DNA of 11,259 nt from Kofleriaceae bacterium (GCA_046597055.1 JBKJLC010000255.1:1-11259); one strand, 5' to 3'; counted from the stretch's first letter, positions 1 to 10,056 are shown. Notes: generated from the letters alone by a model not told the origin. Program-made: numbers and translations.

Positions 1-1027
1 TGGAACTGGGGATCGTGGACGTACGTCGACAGCACCGCCACCACGCCCTCGCGGATGTCCTCGGCGGTGAGACTGACGCCCTTGGGGTCGAGCCCGTGCG
101 TCGCGATGTAGTTGCGGACGGCCTTCACGATGGCGGTGCGCAGGCCCTGATCGTGGGTGCCGCCGTCGGGCGTGGGGACGCTGTTGACGTGGCTCTTGAT
201 GAGGTCGTCCGTGCCCTCGGTCCACTGCAGGGCCAGCTCGACGCCGAGCTTGGCGTCGTCGTCCCGCTTCTCCAGGTAGAAGACGCCGCCGGTGGACGGC
301 ACGGGCATCTTGCCCCGGCCGGAGACCAGGGCCGGCAGCCACTCGGCGATGCCCTTCTCGTGGACGAAGCGGTGGGTCGCCGGCGGCTTCTGGGTCTCGT
401 CGATGAAGATCATCTCGAGGCCGTGGTGGAGGTAGCTCTTGGTCTCGAGGCGCTCGGCGATCCAGGCGGCGTCGAAGGCCAGCTTGCTGCCGAACACCTC
501 GTCGTCGGGCGTGAAGCTGATGCGGGTGCCGGTGCCGCGGGCGCCGCCCAGGTTCTTGAGCTTGGTGGTCGGCAGGCCGCGCGCGAAGCGCATCTCGAAG
601 CGCTCGCCGTCGCGCTTGACCTGGGCGATGAGCTCGACCGACAGGGCGTTGACGACGGCGGAGCCGACGCCGTGGAGGCCGCCGGAGACGGAGTAGCTCT
701 CGCCGCGCTCGAACTTGCCGCCGGAGTGGAGGCTGGTGAAGACGACCTCGAGGGCGGACTTCTTCTCGTCGCGCATCATGTCGATCGGGATGCCGCGGCC
801 GTTGTCGTCGACGGTGGCGCTCTTGCCGCCGTGGTGGAGGGTGACCTCGACCCGGGTGGCGTGGCCGTTGATGGCCTCGTCGATCGAGTTGTCGACGATC
901 TCCCACAGCAGGTGGTGGTAGCCGTCCTTGCCGGTGCCGCCGATGTACATGCCGGGCCGCTTGCGGACCGGGTCGAGGCCCTCGAGGACCTGGATGTCGT
1001 CGCCGGTGTAGGTCTTCGAGATCGCCA

Positions 1028-1028
<1 letters not shown>
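1..1028 (-). CDS. parE: Type IIA DNA topoisomerase B subunit, N-terminal ATPase (GHKL) and transducer region; 3' end lies beyond the window start. Probably topoisomerase IV subunit B (GyrB/ParE family)
   Basis: Not in the ORF track because it runs off the edge. Manual translation from ATG 1028 gives MAISKTYTGDDIQVLEGLDPVRKRPGMYIG...LWEIVDNSIDE...DDNGRGIP...LHSGGKF...SGGLHGVGSAVVNALS...TPDGGTH...EDIREG...DPQF, all GyrB/ParE signatures. The ATG overlaps the upstream TGA (TGATG). The family call is secure; parE rather than gyrB is inferred from the partner lacking a GyrA box. Confidence 0.9.
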
Positions 1029-3529
<2,501 letters not shown>

Positions 3530-3561
3530 CACGAATCCTCCTCGCACCGGTGAGATCGGCT

Positions 3562-3606
3562 TGGCCCTCCGGTTTGACGGGATCTCCTGTCGCGCGCGGA
3601 GGGCCA
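3562..3606. repeat. Inverted repeat / stem-loop in the divergent parC-M23 intergenic region
   Basis: TGGCCCTCCG (3562-3571) is the exact reverse complement of CGGAGGGCCA (3597-3606). An inner stem GACGGG/CCTGTC includes one G-U pair on the + strand. Confidence 0.6.
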
Positions 3607-3745
3607 GCAGGTCGTGCCGCGTCCGGATCAGCCATGGGCCAGCCCGGGCGCTTCGACCGCAACTTCGGCCGTGCCACGCGCCCTGGGCAAGTTTTTGCGC
3701 CGAGGTGCGCCCGCGTGATATCAGGGGTTCCCCCCGCAGGTAGTC

Positions 3746-5143
3746 ATGGCCGCCCGGCGCTCGAAGTCCCGCAAGAAGTCCACGCTCGAGCCCGCCCGCA
3801 GCCCGGCGCGGCGGGGCACGCTCCGCCTGCTCGTCATGCTGGCGGTGCTGGTGATGGTGAACCTCTACGTGTTCCTGTGGCGCGACGGCACCAGCCTCCC
3901 CCAGGTCCGCCAGAGCGCCGCGAACGTCGGCAAGGAGGCGCTGGTGCCGGCGCCCGCCGCCCCCGGTGGCTCGGCGCCGGCCGCGCCGTCGCGCAGCGGC
4001 ATCATCGACGGCAAGGTCGAGAAGGCCGAGAGCCTTGGCAAGATCCTGAAGACCAAGGCCAACCTGTCGGCCAGCGCCGCCGACGAGCTCATCCGCGCGG
4101 TCGGCCCGGTGTTCGACCTGCGCGCGCTGCGGGTCGGCCAGGTCTACAAGATCGTCGTGGCCGACGACGGCCGGGTCGAGCTGTTCGAGCTGGTGGTGTC
4201 GAAGACGGTGACGGTCCGGGTCGAGCGCGACCAGACCTCCGACGAGCTCGCTGGCAAGAAGGAAGAGGCGGCGACCCGCATCGAGGTGCGCGAGGTCGGC
4301 GGCCAGATCAACAGCTCGCTGTACGCGGCGATCAAGAGCTCGGGCGAGGACGGGGCGCTGGTCAGCTTCTTCGTCGACGTGTTCGCGTACGACGTCGACT
4401 TCTACAACGACACCCGCGCCGGCGACACGTTCCGGGTCGTGATCGAGAAGGAGTACAAGGACCAGGAGTTCCTGCGCTACCGGCGCATCCTCGGCGCCGA
4501 GTACAGCGGCAAGGCCGGCACGTATCGCGCCTTCCTGTGGACGCCTCCCGGCAAGACCACCGCGCGCTACTTCGACGAGCGCGGTCAGTCGGTCGAGAAG
4601 AGCATGCTGAAGACCCCGCTCAAGTTCGCGCGGGTGTCGAGCGGGTTCAACGCCAAGCGCATGCACCCGGTGCTGCACACGACCCGCGGCCACTTCGGAA
4701 CCGACTTCGCAGCGCCCACCGGCACCCCGGTGTGGGCGGCGGCCGACGGCGTGATCGTCCAGCGCGGCGTGGCCGGCGGCGCCGGCAACATGGTGACGCT
4801 CCGCCACGACAGCGGCCTGACCACGCTCTACATGCACCTGTCGAAGTTTGCCGGTGGCCAGAAGCTCGGGACGCGGGTCGCGGCCAAGACCGTGATCGGA
4901 TACGTCGGGACCACCGGGCTGTCGACCGGTCCGCACCTGCACTTCGGGGTCAAGAAGGGCGGCGCCTACGTCGACTTCCAGAAGCTGGCGCCGACCCGGG
5001 TCGGTGGCGTGGGACGGAAGGATCTCCCGGCCTTCCAGGCCGCAGTCGGCCCACTCGTCACCCGGCTGCAGCGCATCTCGACCACCGCGCCGGCGGTGCC
5101 GCCGGGCTCGGCTGCGCCGGTGCTTGCCGCGCCGCCGAGCTGA
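3746..5143 (+). CDS. M23 family metallo-endopeptidase (peptidoglycan DD-endopeptidase, MepM/YebA-like), membrane-anchored, 465 aa
   Basis: Basic N-terminus and TM helix ([18 protein letters not shown]), an OapA/LysM-like region ([10 protein letters not shown]), a central [10 protein letters not shown] domain, and an M23 catalytic domain with RMHPVL, HxxxD (HFGTD), YMHLS and HxH (STGPHLHF). Confidence 0.92.
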   Translation: MAARRSKSRKKSTLEPARSPARRGTLRLLVMLAVLVMVNLYVFLWRDGTSLPQVRQSAANVGKEALVPAPAAPGGSAPAAPSRSGIIDGKVEKAESLGKILKTKANLSASAADELIRAVGPVFDLRALRVGQVYKIVVADDGRVELFELVVSKTVTVRVERDQTSDELAGKKEEAATRIEVREVGGQINSSLYAAIKSSGEDGALVSFFVDVFAYDVDFYNDTRAGDTFRVVIEKEYKDQEFLRYRRILGAEYSGKAGTYRAFLWTPPGKTTARYFDERGQSVEKSMLKTPLKFARVSSGFNAKRMHPVLHTTRGHFGTDFAAPTGTPVWAAADGVIVQRGVAGGAGNMVTLRHDSGLTTLYMHLSKFAGGQKLGTRVAAKTVIGYVGTTGLSTGPHLHFGVKKGGAYVDFQKLAPTRVGGVGRKDLPAFQAAVGPLVTRLQRISTTAPAVPPGSAAPVLAAPPS

Positions 5144-5227
5144 TCTGCGTCCGGCGGCAGGACGGACGACGGCAGGCGCGGTCGACCTTTGCCGTCGCCG
5201 TCGGCGCACGCTGGGCGCAATCGTGGG

Positions 5228-5256
5228 TTGCCGGGCGGGCGCGTTGCGCGCATCCT
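5228..5256 (+). promoter_or_regulatory. Possible sigma70-type promoter for the small membrane protein gene
   Basis: TTGCCG-N17-CATCCT, about 20 nt upstream of the proposed TTG start. Only a partial consensus match. Confidence 0.25.
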
Positions 5257-5278
5257 TTTGGAAGTCACGGAGGTCTTC

Positions 5279-5728
5279 TTGCTCAAGCTCCTGCTGGGTC
5301 TGTTAAAGGGTGCGGTCATCGGTGGGGCGCTCGGGTATGGCGCCTACGCCGCCGGCCTCGACGGTATTTTTAACTGGGTCACCTACGGCCTCTGCGGCGC
5401 CCTGGTCGGGGTGGTCGCCGGGCGTCCGATCTGGGCGCTCATCACCGACAAGAACTCGACCAGCTGGATCTCGGTGCTGAAGGCCGTGTTCGGCTTCGGC
5501 ATCGCCTGCGGCATCTACGCGCTGGTCGCCAAGGTGTGGGGCGGCTTCGACCTGGTGCTCGGCCAGGAGACCCGCCGCGTGCAGGACTGGCAGCCCATCT
5601 TCGGCGCCGCGATCGGCGGCTTCTGGGGAGCCTTCATCGAGATCGACGACGCGATCGGCGGCGACGACAAGGGCAAGGGCGACAAGCCGCCCGCGCGCCC
5701 GCTGCCCGCCGGCAAGCCCAAGCCGTAG
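5279..5728 (+). CDS. Hypothetical Gly-rich inner-membrane protein (about 4 TM segments), 149 aa
   Basis: TTG 5279 is preceded by GGAGG at 5 nt spacing. Codon usage is strongly GC3-biased. Hydrophobic GxxxG-rich segments ([63 protein letters not shown]) and a charged, Pro-rich tail. Confidence 0.8.
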   Translation: MLKLLLGLLKGAVIGGALGYGAYAAGLDGIFNWVTYGLCGALVGVVAGRPIWALITDKNSTSWISVLKAVFGFGIACGIYALVAKVWGGFDLVLGQETRRVQDWQPIFGAAIGGFWGAFIEIDDAIGGDDKGKGDKPPARPLPAGKPKP

Positions 5729-5731
5729 GCC

Positions 5732-7066
5732 TCAGGGCAGGGCCAGCTCGACGCCGAACCCGATCCGGTCGCGGCTCCGGCCGTGGTCGCCCAGGTTGGC
5801 CGGCTCGGCCCCGCCGGAGAACGGGTTGTCCTGCGGCAAGCCCGGGCGCTCGACCGTGACGCTACGGGCCAGCTGACGCGCGAGGCCGAGCGTGATCACG
5901 GCGGCGCCGGCCGACACCTCGAGACCGAGCCCGAGCGTGTGGCCGCCGGCGTCGACGCCGACCGTGGTCGTGCCCTGACGGGCGGCACCCGCCGCCTGCC
6001 AGCTCCAGCCGGCCGACATCCACAAGAACCCCGGCAGCAGCGCGACGTCGACCGCGGCGCGCACGGCGCCATGCGAGCGGCGGGCGAACCGGGTGGGGAG
6101 CCGGCTCACGGTGGCGGTCGCGCCGCTCTCGTCGCGCACGCGCGCGCCGTCGATCGTCCAGGCGTCCTGGCCGGTCGGGTACATCCACGCCGCCGCGCCC
6201 ACCTCGGTCGCCCATCGATCGCCGAGCCAGCGCATGCCGACCGCCAGCGTGAGCGCCGATCCGAACCGCCCGTGCGCGGTGGCGCCGGCCGCCTCGACTC
6301 CCGGCGACGACCGGACCGCCGCGAGCGAGACCGGGCCGGTGGCGCGCACGTCGTCGGCCCACGCGGCGCCTAGCGCCAGCTCGATCGGGACGTCGGCGGG
6401 CGCGATCAGCGCGCCGATCGCGCCGCCCGGCACCAGCCGGTCGTCAGCGGCGATCGCGACCTCGACATCGCGGGCCGGTGAGCTCGGGCCATCACGGCCA
6501 CTGAAACCCGCCCAGATCCGCCGGGTCTCGCGGGCGTCGACCTGGCCGAGCGTCACGGTCGCGCCGATCGCGAGCCAGTCGGTCGCGCGCACCGCCGCCG
6601 CCGCCGCCACGCTCGCCCGGGTCCACCGCGCGGCCTGCCCGGCGTAGCGGTGGGGATGATCCGCGATCACCGCCGGGTCGGGCAGGCCGTCCGCCGGCGT
6701 CGGCAGCTGGCGATCGATCGACTCGGTGACCGCGACGCTGGCGCCGAGCACCACCCGCTCCCAGCCGCCCTGCACGCCGATCAGCGGCACCAGCTCGGCG
6801 GGGCCGAGGTCGCGCACCCGCGGATGCCCGGGCGCGTCGAGCCACACCGCGTCGTCGACCGCCAGCCCCGCGAGCTGCCCGCGCACGCCCCCGCGTCGCG
6901 CGATCGCGGCCGGACACAGGAACACCGCCGCGGCCCCGTCGTCGGAGACCAGGCTGGCGCCGGCGTGACCGATCGCCCGAGGCGACAGCAGGTCGAGCTC
7001 GCCGCCGGCGCTCGCCACCGCCGGCGCGAGGACCAGGGCGCCGAGAGCGGCAAGGGCGCGGACCAC
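5732..7066 (-). CDS. Outer-membrane beta-barrel protein, FadL/OmpP1/TodX-like (divergent), 444 aa
   Basis: Signal peptide ending VASA, then a FadL-like hatch segment (GGELDLLSPRAIGHAGASLVSDDGAAAVFLCPAAI, compare the family pattern G-RA-G-AGA--A-ADD--A---NPA). Alternating beta-strands (ATDWLAIGATV, IELALGAAW, HTLGLGLEV) and a terminal strand RIGFGVELAL. Confidence 0.7.
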   Translation of the reverse strand: MVRALAALGALVLAPAVASAGGELDLLSPRAIGHAGASLVSDDGAAAVFLCPAAIARRGGVRGQLAGLAVDDAVWLDAPGHPRVRDLGPAELVPLIGVQGGWERVVLGASVAVTESIDRQLPTPADGLPDPAVIADHPHRYAGQAARWTRASVAAAAAVRATDWLAIGATVTLGQVDARETRRIWAGFSGRDGPSSPARDVEVAIAADDRLVPGGAIGALIAPADVPIELALGAAWADDVRATGPVSLAAVRSSPGVEAAGATAHGRFGSALTLAVGMRWLGDRWATEVGAAAWMYPTGQDAWTIDGARVRDESGATATVSRLPTRFARRSHGAVRAAVDVALLPGFLWMSAGWSWQAAGAARQGTTTVGVDAGGHTLGLGLEVSAGAAVITLGLARQLARSVTVERPGLPQDNPFSGGAEPANLGDHGRSRDRIGFGVELALP

Positions 7067-7105
7067 GCGCCACGATACCCCAGCGCGCGTCGCGACCGCA
7101 GCGTG

Positions 7106-7570
7106 CTAGCAGCTGCAGCAGCGGTCGTTGCCGCGCTTGCAGGCAACCTTGCCGCTGTCGCAACGGCCGGCGGCCCAGGCGTCGCCGGGCAACTCGGCGG
7201 CGAGGTCGCAGATCGCGGCCGCGTTGTCGCAGATCGAGTCGCCCAGCCGGCACACGTCCTGGCAGGTCTCGCGCGGTGAGCGCGCGCACGCGGTGCGCAG
7301 GTCGGCCATCGGCACGCCGCCCGCGGCCTCGATCGACGTCGGGTCGGGCGCCTCGAGTTCGGCGGCGACCAGCTGGCTCGCGATCTCGGCATCGAGCCGG
7401 CGGATCTGCTCGCGGAGCTCGTCAGGGCGGCCGGCCAGCGGAGGCGCCTGGGTGCCAGCGGCCTCCCTGGTCGTCGCGGGAGACCGACCGGCGCTGCCGG
7501 CGCAGGCGAGGAGCGCGGTCGCGACCGTCGCCGCCGCCAGCATGCGCGGGGCCGCCATGCGCCGGATCAC
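7106..7570 (-). CDS. Cys-rich putative lipoprotein B (10-Cys C-terminal domain), 154 aa
   Basis: GTG 7570 overlaps the upstream stop (GTGA) and follows a GAGGTG SD. Lipobox-like LLAC, a helical segment (ELREQIRRLDAEIASQL), then C-x7-C-x3-C-x6-C-x6-C-x15-C-x6-C-x6-CC-x-C at the extreme C-terminus. Paralog of 7567-8079. Confidence 0.8.
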   Translation of the reverse strand: MIRRMAAPRMLAAATVATALLACAGSAGRSPATTREAAGTQAPPLAGRPDELREQIRRLDAEIASQLVAAELEAPDPTSIEAAGGVPMADLRTACARSPRETCQDVCRLGDSICDNAAAICDLAAELPGDAWAAGRCDSGKVACKRGNDRCCSC

Positions 7571-8079
7571 GGGCTCACCTCGGGCTCGCGGTCGCGGTCG
7601 CAGGTGCAGCAGCGCTGCTGGGCCTCGCGGCACGACGCCTTCGCGCTATCGCACTTGTCCTGGGCCCAGGCGTCGTTGCCGAGCTCGGCGGCGAGCGCGC
7701 AGATGTTCTCGGCGTTGTCGCAGATCGCGTCGGCGAGATCGCACACGTCGGTGCAGGTCGCGCGTTGTTCGCGCGGCCGCACGCACGCGCGGGCCGCGGT
7801 CGAGACCGACATGCGCTTGATCGCGACCACCGACGACACCTCGGGCTCGACCTGCAGGCCGGCCTCGCGCCGCCAGTCGCGGATCTGGGTCCAGAGCGCC
7901 GTGATCTCGTTGCGGCGGCCCTGCGCTGCCTGCCACGCGGGCGCCTGGGTCGGCCGGCTGCATGCGAAGGCGAAGAGGCAGGCGCCAGCGAGCGCCGCGA
8001 CCGCGCTGATCGCGACCGCGCGGCCGGCCCCGGCGTGCGGCCGGCCCGCGGCGGGGCCTCGTGGCGCGGGCCGCATCAC
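7567..8079 (-). CDS. Cys-rich putative lipoprotein A (10-Cys C-terminal domain), 170 aa
   Basis: GTG 8079 / ATG 8076 overlap the upstream TGA (GTGATG). Hydrophobic signal ending AFAC, a helical segment (RRNEITALWTQIRDWRREAG), then C-x9-C-x3-C-x6-C-x6-C-x15-C-x6-C-x6-CC-x-C. Confidence 0.82.
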   Translation of the reverse strand: MMRPAPRGPAAGRPHAGAGRAVAISAVAALAGACLFAFACSRPTQAPAWQAAQGRRNEITALWTQIRDWRREAGLQVEPEVSSVVAIKRMSVSTAARACVRPREQRATCTDVCDLADAICDNAENICALAAELGNDAWAQDKCDSAKASCREAQQRCCTCDRDREPEVSP

Positions 8080-8678
8080 CGCTCTCCCATGAGTCGCTTC
8101 TGCAGCGCCTCGGCGATCTGGTTCGAGCGCTCGAGCGCCATGATCGCCTGCTTGCGCAGCTCGTCGGCCCGCGCGTCGTCGGCGGGCGCCCCGGTGCCGT
8201 CGAGGATCGCGGCCTGCGCGCGCAGGACCTCGCTCCGCACCGTATGCAGGTTGGCGACGAAGAACGACTCGCGGGTCGCTGCCCCCAGGCCCTCGTCGAC
8301 GACGCTCATCGCCGCCTCGAGCTGGGCCTGACCGACCAGCAGCTTGGCCAGGAGCGCGCGGGCGTCGAGCCGGACATCCTCGGCCTCGGGCGCGCCCGCG
8401 GGGAACGGCAGGGTGAGGATCTGTCGGACCGCCGCGGTGGCCTCGGGGAGCTTGCCATCACCCATGTAGACCCGCGCCATCTGATGAAAATTCTTCGCGC
8501 GCAGCAGCGCGAGCATCAGCTCGTCGTCGATCGCGTCCTCGGGCGCTGTGATCCGGACCGCGGCAGGCCGCTCCCGGTCGCCATCGCCCGACGAGCAGGC
8601 CGGGCCCACCGCGCCGGCAACCCCCAGGGCGAGCCCGAGCGCGACGACCCGTCGGCGACCGACAGCGAAGAACCTCAT
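8076..8678 (-). CDS. Putative lipoprotein with TPR-like helical repeats, 200 aa
   Basis: ATG 8678 has a GGAGGT SD and overlaps the upstream stop (ATGA). Signal MRFFAVGRRRVVALGLALGVAGAVGPAC-SSG. TPR-like helices: FHQMARVYMGDGKLPEATAAVRQIL, ARALLAKLLVGQAQLEAAMSVVDEGL, ANLHTVRSEVLRAQA. Confidence 0.78.
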   Translation of the reverse strand: MRFFAVGRRRVVALGLALGVAGAVGPACSSGDGDRERPAAVRITAPEDAIDDELMLALLRAKNFHQMARVYMGDGKLPEATAAVRQILTLPFPAGAPEAEDVRLDARALLAKLLVGQAQLEAAMSVVDEGLGAATRESFFVANLHTVRSEVLRAQAAILDGTGAPADDARADELRKQAIMALERSNQIAEALQKRLMGER

Positions 8679-9349
8679 GGCGTACCTCCACGCAACCCGG
8701 GCCGTTCGAACGTGCGCTCGCGATAACCGGCGAGCCGGTCGGCGTAGATCGTCTCGATGCGACCGAGCGCATCGCCGCTCGCCTCGCGCGCGATCGCGCC
8801 GATCAGCGGGTCGGCCGGCCGCGAGCGCCAGTGGGTGGGCAGGGTCGGCTGCGCGGCCACCGGCGGCGGCGGCGGCGGGCGACGACCGGCGATCAGGATC
8901 GCGACCGCCGCGGCCGCGACCGCCGAGGTGACGCCGGCGATCGCCCACGGGGCGGCGCGCCGCCAGCGCGGTCCGCGCAGCGGCGCCACCCCGGCAGCGG
9001 CCGCGGTGATCGACGGATCGGTCAGCCGCGGGCCACCGCCGCCACCGCCGCGGCGCTCGATCGCGGTGGCCAGCGCGGCCTCGATGATCGAGCGCTGCTT
9101 GCCGGCGTTCAGCTCGACCGGGCGGACCGCCGCCCGCAGCGCGGTCGCGACCTCGAGCAGCCCGCGATCCTCGGCGGGCACCGCGGCCGGCGTGCGCCCG
9201 GTCAGGAGCTTGTCGACCAGCTCGCCGAACGAGCGCGCGCGCGCCTTTTCGCCGGCATCGGCCGGGGCGTCGGGCGCCGGCAACGGGCCCAGGCGCAGGT
9301 CGGCGTCGTCGTCGCCGTGGAGGTCGGGGTCGTGGTCGTCGCGGGTCAT
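8675..9349 (-). CDS. Single-pass membrane protein, putative anti-sigma factor, 224 aa
   Basis: Directly downstream of the ECF sigma gene. Cytoplasmic helical N-domain (ARSFGELVDKLL...LLEVATALRAA), then a basic stretch and TM helix (RWRRAAPWAIAGVTSAVAAAAVAILIA), a poly-Pro linker and a short extracytoplasmic domain. The function is inferred from position and topology. Confidence 0.7.
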   Translation of the reverse strand: MTRDDHDPDLHGDDDADLRLGPLPAPDAPADAGEKARARSFGELVDKLLTGRTPAAVPAEDRGLLEVATALRAAVRPVELNAGKQRSIIEAALATAIERRGGGGGGPRLTDPSITAAAAGVAPLRGPRWRRAAPWAIAGVTSAVAAAAVAILIAGRRPPPPPPVAAQPTLPTHWRSRPADPLIGAIAREASGDALGRIETIYADRLAGYRERTFERPGLRGGTP

Positions 9350-9398
9350 GGGGCTTCGTCTCGGCAGCGGCGGCGCAGGGCGGTGGGGCGGGCGGCGC

Positions 9399-10016
9399 TC
9401 ATACGGCAGCCGCCGGGATCTTGTCGCCGAATCTTTTACGGAACGAGCGGACGGCGCGGTGGAGCAGCACGTCGAAGGTGCCGACCGTGATCGCGAACCG
9501 GCGCGCGCACTCGTCGCGCGACAGCTCGTCGATCAACCGTAGCTGGATCGCGGCCCGGTAGCGCTCGGGAAGCTCGGCAAGGGCGACATCGATGCGCTCG
9601 CGATGGGCGCGCCGCTCCTCCTCGGCCATGATCACGGCGTCGGCCGCGCTGGCGGGGTCGGTCTCGGTCGACAGCTCCTGCGCCATCGCGTCGGCCAGGC
9701 GGCGCGACCGCTTGTTCGACCGGTGGACGTCGTAGACCTTGTTGATCGCGATCTGGCGCAACCACGGGTAGATGGTCTTGCCCTGCCAGGTGAAGCGGTT
9801 GATCTTCTCGACCGCGGTCGCCAGGGTGTCGCGCAGCACGTCCTCGGCGGTCGCGGCGTCGCCCAGCCTCGGCAGGATCACTGTCGAGTAGAGCGGCTGG
9901 GCGTAGCGTTCGAGGATAGGTCGCATGGCGTCGAGGTTGCCGCGCTGGGCCTCCTCGACCAGGCGTTGCTCCTCGTCGAGCAGGACGCTGTGATCTGTCG
10001 CAGGTTCGGAGGCCAA
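9399..10016 (-). CDS. RNA polymerase ECF (group IV sigma-70) sigma factor, about 205 aa
   Basis: Region 2 (EQRLVEEAQRGNLDAMRPILERY...AEDVLRDTL...WLRQIAINKVYDVHR) and region 4 (ALAELPERYRAAIQLRLIDELSRDECARRFAITVGTFDVLLHRA). Proposed TTG start at 10016 with AGGGGA upstream; the exact start is uncertain. The longer track ORF extension overlaps truA and is not credible. Confidence 0.9.
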   Translation of the reverse strand: MASEPATDHSVLLDEEQRLVEEAQRGNLDAMRPILERYAQPLYSTVILPRLGDAATAEDVLRDTLATAVEKINRFTWQGKTIYPWLRQIAINKVYDVHRSNKRSRRLADAMAQELSTETDPASAADAVIMAEEERRAHRERIDVALAELPERYRAAIQLRLIDELSRDECARRFAITVGTFDVLLHRAVRSFRKRFGDKIPAAAV

Positions 10017-10029
10017 GTACCGATCCCCT

Positions 10030-10056
10030 AACGCCGAGTGGCTAGCGCACCTTACA
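10030..10056 (-). promoter_or_regulatory. Candidate ECF-type (autoregulatory) promoter TGTAAG-N17-CGTT
   Basis: Minus strand reads TGTAAG gtgcgctagccactcgg CGTTA just upstream of the sigma gene. This resembles the common ECF architecture AAC-N16/17-CGT. The -35 element contains the TAA stop of truA. Confidence 0.45.

Noticed and set aside
3659..3676. Sigma54-like TGGCAC...TTGC on the minus strand upstream of parC
   Set aside because: The spacer is 8 nt rather than the required 5, so the strict GG-N10-GC geometry is not met.
3530..5209. N-terminal ~560 aa of the 1393-aa minus-strand ORF, suggesting a giant topoisomerase fusion
   Set aside because: It is the antisense shadow of the M23 gene plus intergenic DNA, is Arg/Gly-rich with no motifs, and a strong SD marks the likely start at 3529.
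7106..7785. Cys-rich domains as multiheme cytochrome, ferredoxin or RiPP precursor
   Set aside because: No CxxCH or CxxCxxC motifs and no adjacent modification enzymes.
8679..8948. N-terminal extension of the 290-aa ORF (TPR-like protein)
   Set aside because: It overlaps the anti-sigma gene, whereas ATG 8678 has an SD, an ATGA overlap and a signal peptide.
8860..9055. Short (CGG)n/(GCC)n runs as tandem repeats or phase-variation tracts
   Set aside because: They simply encode the poly-Pro and poly-Gly linkers of the anti-sigma-like protein.
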